The position numbers and the translations under genes were made by a program. DNA of 64,000 bases, taken from assembly GCA_951406725.2 (NCBI GenBank), contig OX597814.1, forward strand, positions 114,018,001 through 114,082,000. The letters are read 5' to 3'. Under the pieces are notes generated by a model that saw only the letters and a list, made by a program, of their open reading frames with translations, made no database searches and had not been told where the DNA came from. The stretch comes from Octopus vulgaris (Eukaryota). Below are positions 24,698-38,172 of the stretch, one piece after another (position 1 is the first letter of the stretch; the number at the start of each line of letters is the position of its first letter).

Positions 24698-25058
24698 GTG
24701 TGTGTGTGTGTGTGTTTGTTGTGTGTGTGTCTGTCCGTCTGTGTGTCTCTGTCTCTGTCTGTTCTGTCTGCGCATGCATGCATACACACACATAACGCAA
24801 GTGCACATATTGCCACGCATAATTGAACTCACATGATTTATGTAATTCATTAAGGAGATATATTTCTATATTCTAGTAGTTTGGAATATATTTCATTCAA
24901 TTTATATATGTGTGTATGTATGTTTGAACGTATGTGTATGTATGTATGTATATATATATATGCGTACATATACGTATGCATACGCAAATATATGCATATA
25001 CATATATATATATATATATGTTCTTATGCCATATACATATATATGTATACACACACAC

Positions 25059-25117
<59 letters not shown>

Positions 25118-25686
25118 ATGTTCTTATGCCATATACATATACATATATATGTTCGTGTATGTCTGTGTGTATGTTGTGTATGTATACCCATTTATGTATG
25201 ATGAATAAAAATACGCTGTCGGCAATAAAAGTGATATTAAATTAAACTAGCTATCAATGTATCATACTTAATGTAAACAAGGAAATTAACTGTTGTATTA
25301 ATACAGAGATAGAATCTCTTGTGGACGCGCTGTATATATCAGGAGATAACACCAGATGCATTTCAGCCGCGTTAGGCTTTATCAATGGCGTGTACTCACA
25401 GCCAGCAATATGCTCAGATGAGATTTGTGGCCTCTGATATATAGCAGACAAGGATTAAAATAGTCACCGGTATTGTGAATAGCCACCCGGTTATTTTTTA
25501 TTTAAAATGACTTCTTTTATACGTAACGAATTTTTACTCTGTTGGGTCGGATATTTCTTTATTTCATAGATGAAGTTACATATGAGACAGAGTTTCATGC
25601 GATTACACTTCTAATAAGTGGTGTCACACGAAACTGTACGTAGCTTTACAACGGATAATAGTTATATACAAACACACACACATACT

Positions 25687-25736
<50 letters not shown>

Positions 25737-26440
25737 AATGAATGTTTTTATATATAATGAACGTGAAATACAGGAAGGGACGAACACGGAACACAGACAA
25801 ATCATTCGAAGCCTTCAATCTTCAGTCAGACACTGAATCATCATAGCAAATTTCGGCTGTTCAATTCTGATATTTGCTCCAACTCGGCCAGCCCCAAGAA
25901 AAAAACTAAGCTGTAAGCATTAGATTTCTTGGTAGAAGACAGGAATGTGAACGCACAAGACGGATGTAAATACAAGAGACGAAAACGAAATTGAAAACAG
26001 TAATGAATAAACAAAATATATATAACGGTGGTTGTCATACGACTTTAGACCAAATGAGACAAAAACAACAACAACATAGCTGGCGTAGAAATAATTACCG
26101 TTTCGGTAGCGGGGACACATGTTGGTCGAGATACGATGGCCAACAGAATGGTTAAGAAAGCAGGTTGCAGGAGAGAGAGAGAAAGAGAGACAGAGAGAGA
26201 GGGAATCAAAGAGGGTGGAAGGCAGGGGACAGAATCAGTGACCAAGAGAAAAGGAGAAAGAAGGGATTAAGGAGGATGGGAGGAAGAGGGGAGGAGGATG
26301 GGAGGAAGAGAGGGGAAGAATCGGAGGGCGCCAAAAAGTTTGGTGAAGAAGCAATGGCGGGTAGGAAAGACAGTGTGTATAGAAGTCGTGCAGGGTTTAA
26401 AATTGGACAAACAAACGGGGGGGGGGTGCACGTAACGCCG

Positions 26441-26486
<46 letters not shown>

Positions 26487-26540
26487 CATATATATATACA
26501 CATATACATACACACATACTACATACGTACGTACATACAT

Positions 26541-26596
<56 letters not shown>

Positions 26597-26980
26597 ATAT
26601 ATATATATATATATACGATAGTCTTTTTTTAGTTTTCACTCATAAGGCTTTGATCAGTCTGAGACTATAGTAGAAGACACGTGCCTAAAGTGCCACGCAG
26701 TGGGACTGAACCCGTAGCCATGTCGTTGGGAAGCCAAATTCTTACTACACAGCCATACTTGTGCCTATTATATTTTCAGGCGAATGTTTCATGGGCTATG
26801 TTATCTGAAGTTATTCTGGTTTTCAAGACAAGAAAGAGAGAGAGGGGGAGAGAGACAGACAGACATACAGACTGACAGACAGACTGACAGACAGACAGAG
26901 AGAGAAAGAAAAGGATAGAAAATGAGAGAAAATTCAAACATTTGATATCAGCGTTGAATCAGTGATGTCAAATAGGCGGC

Positions 26981-27068
26981 GCCAAAACGGCTGTGCCAAA
27001 ACGGCTGTGCCAAAACGGCTGTGCCAAAACGGCTGTGCCAAAACGGCTGTGCCAAAACGTCTCATACC
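26981..27068. repeat. 14-bp tandem repeat (GCCAAAACGGCTGT) x5 plus a partial copy
   Basis: Perfect copies at 26981, 26995, 27009, 27023 and 27037, ending GCCAAAACGTCTCATACC. Confidence 0.9.
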
Positions 27069-27489
27069 TCATATGAGTGCTTGTGTTGTTTGAAGTATTT
27101 TTGTTGAATTAATTTCATGTCAGCCCTGATCAAACCTAGACCTATGATAAAAAAAAGTGTTCCAACCGTAACCATCCAGTCTGAGTCAGCAAGGCGAGAA
27201 AGATTTGAAAAAGGATTTAGCTATGTCAGACGAACAAGTAGAGCCACCCGGATAAGTATGTGTCAGTATTAATTCCTGCCCCAAAGTCTTAAGTTCAAAC
27301 CCCTTCTAAGATCAGCGTTGTCTTTCAACCTTCCAGACATACATTGATAGCGATCCAATTGCTAATGCTTATCTCTTAGAAATGTAAGGCCCTGTGTCAA
27401 CGGAAGAAATCACAAGATAATTAGAAAAAAATTCAACGCAGAAACCTGTTAAACTCAACAGGTAAAACTATTCAATTCAATTTATTCTT

Positions 27490-27880
27490 ATACTCTTTGA
27501 TTTTTTTTTTACTTGTTTCAGTAATTTGACTGCAGCTATGTTGGAGTACCACTTTTAGTCGAACGAACCGACCCCAAGACTTATTTTTTGTAAGCCTAGT
27601 ACTTATTCTATCGGTCTATTTTGCCGAACCGCTACGTCACGGGGGAAGTATACACACCAACATCTGTTGTCAAGCGATGGTGGCGGTCAAACACAGACAC
27701 ACAAATCACACACATATATATGCGACGGGCTTCCTTCAGTTTCCGTCTACCAAATCCACTCACAAGGATTTGGTTAGCCCGGGGCTATTGTAGAAGACAC
27801 TTGCTTAAGGTGCCACACAGAGGGACTGAACCCGGAACCATGTGGTTGGGAAGCAAGCTTCTTACCACACAGCTACTCCT
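27490..27880 (-). mobile_element. SINE family B
   Basis: Full-length homology to the reverse complement of 62810-63261. Confidence 0.85.
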
Positions 27881-28039
27881 CCTCAATTCGTAATATTTAT
27901 CTTCTAGAAATTTTTAACCTTGAGCCAACCGAAGAATTCACAGTTTGATCTCAGAAAACAAGAGTTGCAAAAAGCATCTACATCGTGAAACAGCAATTTT
28001 ATAACATACAAAGTTATTAAAATACGCAAAGCAATTCAA

Positions 28040-28170
28040 TCTAACACACGGCTGTTAAGTTTAACACGCATAGCTGTTAATTTTAACACGTATAGCTGTT
28101 AAATTTAACACACAAAGTTGTTAAGTTTAACACAGGAAACTTTTAGATTCTAACAGAAATCTGTTAAATT
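28040..28170. repeat. Degenerate ~22-bp minisatellite with internal dyad (TTAACA...TGTTAA)
   Basis: About 5-6 copies of TTAACACNNANAGCTGTTAANT. Confidence 0.7.
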
Positions 28171-28914
28171 CTATTTTAACTGAAATTTTGACACGCCAAG
28201 AAATAAATCTAAAGTGAATTTGACACCTTTACGTGTTTTTAAACGGTTGTGTTGGCTCATTTACGATTCCAACAGTCTCAAATAAAGCTACTTGCAAGAC
28301 AAATAACTGGGGTAAGGGAAGTAACTATAATAGACCAATGACAGAAATACAACTGATTCAGATAGGTCATGTTTAGGATTAAGAAATATCAAACGATATA
28401 ATGACCTCGCAATATTTTTAGCGATGTTGTGTATTTACTATATTTTCTGGTAGCAATGAAAAGCCTTATTGTTCTCAACGCTGAAAGAAATGGTTGAAAC
28501 TATTTTTTTAAACAAAACACAGCTTATAAATAACAGAAAATACATAAGTAATTATCGGTAAATATCAATATATCTTCTGACGATATACAATCATTTCATT
28601 CAATTGTTGTATCTATCTTTTGATAATAACGTGTTTAACACATTGACAATGATTGGTTCAATGCTTTCTTAACATTTGATAGACAACACTGCATTAAGAA
28701 GTCTCAATTCTTGGTGTGTTTCATATAAAGAAATCGAAATTCTAAGCGAATATCGATCGAAAGACAACGCTGTCTTAGTTTTTTTTATTTATTAGTCGTA
28801 GTCTCGGCTATTATTATTATTTTTTTTTGTATTTTAATGAGGAGAAATAATCACAACATAAATTTTATTTTTACAAACATATTGATCTTCATTTAAAACT
28901 TATCATTCTAATAT

Positions 28915-29312
28915 TCTTTTCTACTCTAGGTACAAGGCACAAAATATTTGGGAAGGGGGCCAGTCGATTAGATCGACCTCAGTACGCAACTGGTACTTAT
29001 TTCATGACCACGAAAGTACGAAAGACAAAGTTAACCTCGGCGGAATTTGAACTCAGAACGTAGCGGCAGACGAAATACCTATTTCTTTACTACCCACTAG
29101 GGGATAAACACAGAGGGGACAAACAAGGACAGACAAACGGATTACGTCGATTATATCGACCCCCAATACGTAAATGGTACTTAATTTATCGACCCCGAAA
29201 GGATGAAAGGCAAAGTCGACCTCGGCAGAATTTGAACTCAGAACGTAACGGCAGACGAAATACGGCTACGCATTTCGCCCGGCGTGCTAACGTTTCTGCC
29301 AGCTCGCCGCCC
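28915..29312 (-). mobile_element. SINE family A (duplicated unit)
   Basis: Reverse complement of the family A head and two central domains. Confidence 0.85.
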
Positions 29313-30515
29313 TACCATAGTTATAATATTACTATAGAATCGTTTCTACCTCTAACGTGTGTCACAATTTTATGATAGTTTCCTATAAACACAGTGAAAT
29401 TGCGATGACCTTGTAGGAGTTACATCATACTACATTACCTCGCTGCTTTTAACCTGACGGTAAGTGCAGGAAGATATTAAGAATCTACTTAACAATTCTT
29501 ACTTAATGCTATCTATTTTAGTTCTCAATGGTTTTTTAAATGAAATAACAGAAACAGAATAAAATAGTGTTGTATTATTTATCTTCTGCATCGAAGTTCC
29601 TACATGTTTTCTCATGGTTCGATAATGTTGTCAAAATTGTAAGCAGCTTTGAATTTCAGTCTTTGCGTATATGAGTTTGAGTTTGGGTATTGTAATTTAT
29701 TTTTCTGGTGAGCTGAGAACATGAGCTTACGTATTCTAATTTTTATTTTATGTGATCCAATGTTTTAAAGTATGCGTGTGTTAAGTTTTGTTTAGATGAC
29801 CTGAGAGATTGGGAATTGCATTTCTACGAAAGAGCACTGTGGATTGATGTCAAATAGGATTGGAATAGTGGCTGACAAACCTTGTATGCTTTTAGTATAG
29901 TTGCATTTTGTTGTCAGACTTGCTGCATTGTACAGTAGTTTCGTCCATTAAGATGAACTGATTATTTTTTAGAGAAAAAGAAGTGGAAAGACTGAGATGA
30001 GGGGAGAGAGAGACGGAGAGAAAGCGATACCTATTCACTTACATACATGCATACATACATACATACATACATACATACATACATACATACATACATACAT
30101 ACATACATACATACATACATACATACATACCTTACATTACACACATACATACATACATTGCCTAAATACCAATTTCGAGAAATTATGCTTCTCAAAACCA
30201 GAAAGAAGAAAGCTAATTCGAAGACAACAGATCCAATCCATAGCTGGAACTGTAAAGATCTGTAAAACTTTCCAGAAGTCTATCATTTAAGTATATATGA
30301 GCATGTGTAGATATGCAACTATATGCATGAGAATACATACATAAAACAAAACATAAGAATCTGCACATGTACATACATACATACATACATACATACATAC
30401 ATACATACATACATACATACATACATACATACATACATACATACATACATACATACATACATACATACATACATACATACATACATACATACATACATAC
30501 ATACATACATACATA

Positions 30516-30684
30516 CCCTGTTGAAATTAGTTCTTTCTCTATTGGCAAGAAATCTTGAAATAAAACTGAATATTGACATACATACATACATATATAAATG
30601 CACATACATAGATACATACATACATACATACATACATACATACATACATACATACATACATACATACATACATACATACATACA

Positions 30685-30718
<34 letters not shown>

Positions 30719-31075
30719 CCCTGTTGAAACTAGTTCTTTCTCTATTGGCAAGAAATCTTGAAATAAAACTGAAATAAAACATACATACATATATAAATAC
30801 CCATACATATATACATACATACATACATACATACATACATACATACATACATACATACATACATACATACATACATACCTTGTTGATGATGTTGAAATTC
30901 CAATGACTTTAGGTTAGAGATTGGGAATTGTGTTGCTAGGTAAGGACACCGTGGATTGAAATAGGATTGAAATAGAAGCTGACAGACCTTATATACTTTT
31001 AAGTTGAAATTTAAGTTGAAATTCCAATGGATTTAGGTTAGAAAACGTTTCTTTCTCTATTGGCAAGAAATCTTG
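30516..31075 (+). repeat. Three copies of the (CATA)n-embedded unit separated by (TACA)n arrays
   Basis: CC(C/T)TGTTGA...TCTCTATTGGCAAGAAATCTTG at 30516, 30719 and 30878. The first two end AAATAAAACTGAA; the third is interrupted and truncated. Confidence 0.8.
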
Positions 31076-31518
31076 GTATAAATATGTGTGTCCAATGAAT
31101 ACTAAACAGGCCGAAACTTCGAAGTCACTTTCAACACTGGTCTTTTTAAACAATATGAGTCTACAGTCCTTCAATTTCATGTAAAATTGATTTTATTGAG
31201 TTGACATAAAACAAACTACACACACGCACGCGCGCGCACATATAATATATTATTCTCATCTCGAGTGCTGTGGTCATGCTGGGAAACCGGCATTATTCTT
31301 TTATTCTTTTATTTGCTTCACTCATTTGACTGCGGCCATACTGGAGCACCAGCTTTAGTCGAACAAATCGACCCCAGGACTTATTCTTTGTAAACCTAGT
31401 ACCTATTCTATCTGTGTTATTTGCCGAACCGTTAAGTTAAACACACCGACATCGGTTGTCAAGTGATGACGGGGGACAAACAGACACAGACACACACACA
31501 GAAACACAGATACACACA

Positions 31519-31586
<68 letters not shown>

Positions 31587-32364
31587 GATATCTCACAGCA
31601 CGAGTTTTAAATGTACATATATGTATGTATATATTCATATATTATATACTATTTATATTATTATATGATCGAACGCCACGCATCCTTTTCCAAGTAAGTT
31701 TTCTTAATAATTACGATGCGCACTCTTCTATCTTTACTATCTCTTCTTTGTCTATCTCTCTCCCTCTCTTGTTCTTCATCCTTTCTGGTTTTCTCTCCCA
31801 CCTTTCCCCATTCTTCTCCTCTCCTCTTCCCCGTTCCCTCTCTCTCACTCCTCCTCCTCAACTCTCTCGTCGCTGACACTTGATGAAAGAGCTTCTATCT
31901 TTCTGACCACTACCTTCTTAAAGACAAAACGTGTTTATACTGTCTCCTTCATAAGCTTGTCTTCCTAGCGTTCATAATAAATTTTCTATCATCTTGGCTC
32001 AACAGTCCTCATCGTTTGTTTTTACTGTCTTGTTCTCACTGTCCTGTCCTTGTTACCACTTTCACCCTCCGCAAAAAATCCCAAATTTTATTTAATTTGC
32101 TTTGCGAGAAGGACTGTTTCAATGAAGTCGCGTCTTGTCCTTACCTTCGGAACGCGAAGTAGATGAAACAGGGACAACTTAAGAAAAGGAATATTCTTTA
32201 TGTTGTATGTCTGTTTGTTTGTTTTTTTGTTTTTTTTCTTTGTTCGAAAAAAGTTTGCTTTCTATGTTTTTGTTTTATATATTCGTTTCTCCTTGTGTTC
32301 AACGTATTTTTGATGTCCTGTACCCAGATATGCATGTTTCTCTCCTTGTTTCTTTTCTGTGTAT

Positions 32365-32400
32365 CTTTCTGTCGAAGAGCGTAGGCTCGAAACGTAAAAA
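32365..32400 (+). ncRNA. Minimal hammerhead-like motif (core CUGUCGA) in a solo PLE pseudo-LTR
   Basis: CTTT-CTGTCGA-A-GAGC-gtag-GCTC-GAAA-CG-TA-AAAA with a perfect stem II. Flanks match the PLE pseudo-LTR. Confidence 0.7.
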
Positions 32401-32810
32401 ACTTGTTTTATTTCTATTCCTGAGCGCCATACTAATACAATTGTTTGTTTGTACTCCACCTGCCTTCGTCTTTTGTTTATTTTCGTAAACCTTCCCGTTA
32501 TATATACATATATATGTAGGTATGTACATATATGTATGTATATATGCATGTATTTATGTATTATATATATATATATATCAAAGAAGATGTTGATAATGGC
32601 TTCGAAGTTTCACTGCTCGTTCACTTCGTCAGACTTATCTGACGGAGCCAACAATCAATGAAGTTTCGAAATCCCTCTAACATTTCTTCTTGTAAAAATA
32701 AATTTGATACTCTTCTGTTGTCCGTAAACATATTGAGTGACCATTTCACGAATGTTTGTTTTTATGTATAACTACACATTTAAGAGATACAGACATTAAG
32801 ATATGCGCGC

Positions 32811-32921
<111 letters not shown>

Positions 32922-33303
32922 TGTGTGCGTGTTCAGAAATATGACGTAACGAATTATGAATATGCAACATGAGACGTCTAGCTGCATAGCAAACAAACAA
33001 GTTAAAATATAAACACCGTCCAATAAACAAGATAAACAAAAACACTCAGCAAAATAAATAAATAAAATTCAGAAGAAATTAATTCAAACGATTGGCCTTT
33101 GATGCTGCTAAGTGTTTAATAAATGACCAAGCCAGAAACAACACGATTTTGGCATTATAAAACACCTAATCAATCAAAATAATCGAAAATAATCAATCAG
33201 TCTGAGCTAGGAACCAGTTAACTACTTTGTGACAGCAGTAATAACTTTCAAACTAAAATTAACCGCTCGATACCGCTTTCGGGAGTTTACTTGTGGTTGT
33301 TGT

Positions 33304-33334
<31 letters not shown>

Positions 33335-34107
33335 ATTGTTCTTGTTGTTGCTGCTGGTGTTTTTGTTGTTGTAGTTGTTGTTGCTGTTGCTATTGTTGCA
33401 GCTGATGTTGTTGTTGTTGTTGTTTTTGTCTTTTGTAAAAGACCGTCTATTCACTTTGCATTCTTTCAGCTTTATATTTGAAGCTTCTGTCCTCTATTAT
33501 CTTCGTCTTGTAATTTAAAAGAATGGCTTTTATTTAACTATCGGAACAAATAGAATCCAAGAGGGTTTCGTGAAACGATGAAGAATGAAAGAGTCGAGCG
33601 CCTTTCTGATTTCTATATGTCAAACACTCGTGGACATACTTACAAAATCAAAAAAACAACACAGCACACATAATTTTCAGAGCCATTTCTTCCCGCTCAG
33701 AAATGCTGAAGCCTGAAGAAAACTACCTGCAACAGTTTTTAGATGTCGGGACACTGTAGCCTTCAAGCCTTCCATGCTTCCTGAATTTCCCAAACGGTAA
33801 ACCTGTTGCTACCCCACCATTTGTTTTAACGACTCATTCTCTGTTCACTTCATGTGTAGTGTTCTATTCCTGTTCATACACTTATGGGTACTTTTTTCTG
33901 ATGATGCATCCGAGTATTCTATACAATAACTTCATTATTATCATTATAACCAATGCTGTGGAACCGGGTCGAGATTCATTTGGTACCGGGCTGCACAGGA
34001 AGAATAAATTTAAGAATTTCATTCCTATTTTATCGACTATGGCAGTCTATTGTCTGGTTTCTCTTTTGTACTGCATATGCATTCAGTATGTAATAATTGA
34101 GTTTTTA

Positions 34108-34620
34108 CTTTCTGAGTTCAAATTCCGCCGAGGTCGACTTTGTCTTTCATCCTTTCGGGGTTGATAAATTAAGTACCAGTTGCGTACTGGAGTTGATCTA
34201 ATCGACTGGCCCCTTCCTCAAAAATTTCGGGCCTTGTGCCTAGAGTAGAAAAGAAGATTATTAGTCCAACCTAAGGCAGCGAGCTGGCAGAATCGTTAGC
34301 ACGCCGGGCAAAGTGCTTAACGGGTATTTCACCAGTGGCTATGTTCTGAGTTCAAATTCCTCCGAGGTTGACTTTGCCATTCATCCTTTTGGGTTCGATT
34401 AAATACGTACCAGTTACGCACTGGGATCGATATAATCGACTTAATCCTTTCCCCCAAGTTTCAGGCCTTGTCTCCACAGTAGAAAAGATTATTAGTTCCG
34501 CCGAAGTTGGCCTTTGTCTTTCATCCTTTCAGGAATCGTTTAAATAAGTACCAGCCGTGGCCTTGTGCCAAAGGTTTAAAACCATTAATGTTGGAAGCTA
34601 GCAGAATCGTTAGAGCGTTG
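34108..34620 (+). mobile_element. Cluster of SINE family A units
   Basis: Repeated B box and central domain. Confidence 0.8.
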
Positions 34621-34924
34621 GGCAAAATGCTTAGTGGTATTATATACATTTGTAAATTACTAACATAATAGTTAAACTATTAACTTATGTGCCATTGATT
34701 TTATCGATTAGGCTTCTCTCTTAATTATATTTGGTACTCTGGTTAATGAAATATATCGATATATCATGGAAAACGTCGAGAGGAAGAAATGCGGAATTTT
34801 GACATGCAGTTTCATTTTCGATATTAAGTCAATTCATTTAATATATTGCATGTTACTGTAGCTGTATAACTCCAGAATAGTTCTGATAAAGTACACGTAG
34901 AATCAAACGCGTTTCAGTCTTTTT

Positions 34925-35305
34925 TTTTCTTTACTTGTTTCACTCATTTGACTGCGGCCATGCTGGAGCACCGCTCTGAGTCGAGCAAATCGCCCCCAGG
35001 ACTTATTCTTTGTAAGCCTAGTACTTATTCTATCAGTCCAAACCGTTAAGTTACGGGGGACATAAACACACCAGCATCAGTTGTCAAGCAATGGTTGTGG
35101 TGATGGGGACAAACACAGACACAAACATATATATATATATATATATATACAACGGGTTTCTTTCAGTTTCCATATACCAAATCCACTCACAAGGCTTTGG
35201 TCGGCCCGAGGCTATAGTAGAAGACACTTGCCCAAGGTGCCACGCAGTGAGACTGAACCCAGAACCATGTGGCTGGTAAGCAAGCTACTTACCACACAGC
35301 CACTC
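34925..35305 (-). mobile_element. SINE family B
   Basis: Full copy with internal (TA)n. Confidence 0.85.
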
Positions 35306-35451
35306 GACATTTTTCAGACATTATGCATCTACATCATCAAATGTGCCTGTCTAATTTTTAAGACAATAAAGTATCGTTTGAGGAAAATTTGGTTTATATT
35401 TCTAGCAGATTAATTGACTACATACAAACATCTTTGTTTTGTTGCGCAACC

Positions 35452-35728
35452 CAACGTCATCCCTGATCTAACAACCTTCGTGTACGACGTCAGCACTAAC
35501 CTATAACATCAGCCCACATTCTATGACATCATCTCTGATCTACGATGTCAATCTTACTCTATGACGTTAGCCTTGATCCACGCCAGCCTTATCTACGACG
35601 TAAGTCGTAATCTATTACCTTGGCTCTTATCTACGATATCAGCTCTGATCTCTGACGTCTGCTTCGGCGTCGACGTTACTCAATCACATGAATCCTGCTC
35701 TAAAATACCTGATCTATGATATCAGCTA
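35452..35728. repeat. Old ~19-bp minisatellite (consensus about CTACGACGTCAGCCCTGAT)
   Basis: Recurring TCTA(C/T)GA(C/T)(G/A)TCA motif at ~19-bp spacing. Confidence 0.7.
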
Positions 35729-35944
35729 ACATTACTTATCAATGTTCGAACAAAGAGGTTTCTTTTTTCTGACTCCTCTTTTAAGGTGTTCACTCCAGTG
35801 GTAAACTTATTTGAGACTCAATATTTATTCCCTACCCGTTGAGGTCTGAAGGTCTAGTTACCAATATTAAGGATTAAGGTCAAAGTTTAGAAGGCATGTT
35901 CTCAATTCTGATTTTGCCCAGTTCGCCGCTTAATTCAATAAATA

Positions 35945-36160
35945 GGGCAGTGAGCTAGCACAATCATTAGCAAAGCGGGCAAAATGCTTAGCGGCAATTC
36001 GCCCATCTGTATGTTCTAGGTTCAAATTCCGTCGAGGTCGACTTTGCCTTTTATCCTTTTGGGGTTGATAAAATAAGAACCAGTTGAGTACTGGGGTCAA
36101 TGTAATTAACTTATCCCCCCCACTCCGTCCAGGTTTGCTGACTTTGTGCCAAAATTTGAT
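35945..36160 (+). mobile_element. SINE family A (diverged)
   Basis: Head, B box and central domain. Confidence 0.75.
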
Positions 36161-37036
36161 CCCAGTAAATTATGCTCTCGGAATGTTATATTCTAGAAAT
36201 TTATGGTGTTTCTGTAGTTTTGTGGGGAATCATGCAAATTTTAGATTAAAATAATTTTGCTGGAGTTTATCGTGTGGAAACAACTACGTCTCATGTACCG
36301 CTTACTTTGTTAGCAAACTAGATTCTTCGCTCCATGAAAGAGCGGCGTCTGTTGGCTAACAACTGCCATTAATGCAGTTACTAACTAATTAATTTAATAT
36401 GCATGTGCCTGTAACAAGATCTGATAAAATCTTATCAATGGATAAACTTTAAATGCTGGGAATTAATTACGGCTGGTTTACCAGTCGATCATTTTCTGGA
36501 GGTACGTTACAGTCCCGTTAACTCATAATGGCGTAGTCAGATATTCTGTTTAAAATAAAATTCATTATAACGCCTTGGTTAAAACAGGCTGGTTATTAAG
36601 ATTTGCTTCTGCCTCTTATAACAAGCAAAGCAAGTACTAAAAGACAGAAGAGAAGAAAGAGTGATTGAATGAATGATAGAAACAAACAAACAAAACGAAT
36701 AATGAAAGATAAGGAGACGAAAGAGAGGAAGAAATATGGGAAGTATATTAAGGAAAACTCAAAGAAGATTAATGATTCTGTTAAAGTTTACCATGTGGAA
36801 AATTATCAACAAATTATTTTCTGCTGATTTATTCTTAGCGAACAATTTCTAATTAAGATTACTTTCGAATAAGTAAACTTTTCTGAAGACAGGAAAAATT
36901 ATAAATAACCAATAAAAATATACAAATTCTTTAAATTGCTCGAGTAATTTTCATTAAGATTTTCGGTAAAAGACACACCTGTTATATAAGAACAATATGA
37001 CTGAAGAATAAAACTCTCGGGCGGAACATTCTGGAT

Positions 37037-37249
37037 ATTCTTTTCTACTCTAGGCACAAGGCCCGAAATTTTGGGGGAGGGGGCAAGTCGATTAGATTGA
37101 CCCCAGTTCGCAACTGGTACTTAATATATCGACCCCGAAAGGGTGAAAGGCAAAGTCGACCTCGGCAGAATTTGAACTCAGAACGTAACGACAGTCGAAA
37201 TACGGCTAAACATTTTGCCCGGCGTGCTAACGTTTTTGCCAGCTCGCCG
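37037..37249 (-). mobile_element. SINE family A with target-site duplication
   Basis: Flanked by the direct repeat GGAACATTCTGGATATT at ~37023-37039 and ~37252-37268. Confidence 0.9.
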
Positions 37250-37457
37250 ATGGAACATTCTGGATATTAAACAGAAATATGGTTGGGTCTGACACATGTA
37301 ATATATTATTACATACAACCTTGCTAATTAATGATGATAATTGACAATTAGCGCGATGAGTGTTGTCTTGAGCATTAAGTTTGGCATATTTGGAAATTGA
37401 AATAAGGAAAAATAGTTCTTCGACTTACTCTTGACTTGTAGTCTGCTGCACACCTAG

Positions 37458-37488
<31 letters not shown>

Positions 37489-38125
37489 CCTCTTTGTATC
37501 AGTCATTACTGAAGAATTTGGAACGCTCATTGCGCATATCCTTTATTAGGTTTCGTAGACGTGGATTAAGAACAAAGAGTAGGTAATACTATAATAACTG
37601 GCTGGAAAAATGAAAATATTAATCAATAACTGATATTATGTATATTTTTTTCATCATACGGGGTATATAGTCTTTTTATATTCCCAGAATTAAACATGCT
37701 GACACTAACTTACATCACGTTTTTCATTTAGATAACGATGCCAATAACTGTAAAATTTTAGTTATTAATTCATGACTAATTCAATAAGATGAAGGTTATT
37801 CCTCACTGATGAGACAACAATAAGATCGAAATATGTTGCTGGAAAAATTGAAAAGAAAAAAATACTAACCACCACCATCATCCCCACCACCACCAACAAC
37901 AACAGCACTACCACCACCACTACCACCACTACAACCACCACCACCACCACCACCACTACAGCCACTACCACCAGCATTACCACCGCCCACAACAACAACA
38001 ACACTGCTATCGCCTCCACCAATAACAACAACACCGGCACTAACATCATTCCAATGGCGTTACTGATTTGAAAAAGACGTAAACGTCACTGTTTCTTAAG
38101 CTCAGTGGCTGAATAAAATGTAAGA

Positions 38126-38172
<47 letters not shown>

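Noticed and set aside
25800-25860. Minus-strand CTGAAGA...GAA motif (also the TGATGA strings near 56903, 59121 and 62667)
   Set aside because: No correctly placed GAAA and no stems I or III.
26981-27060. Regular short repeats as a CRISPR array
   Set aside because: There are no spacers and no cas genes, and the context is eukaryotic.
37806-37842. CTGATGA-GA..TC-GAAA hammerhead-like string
   Set aside because: Stem II is only 2 bp and there is no stem I pairing, so it is compatible with chance.
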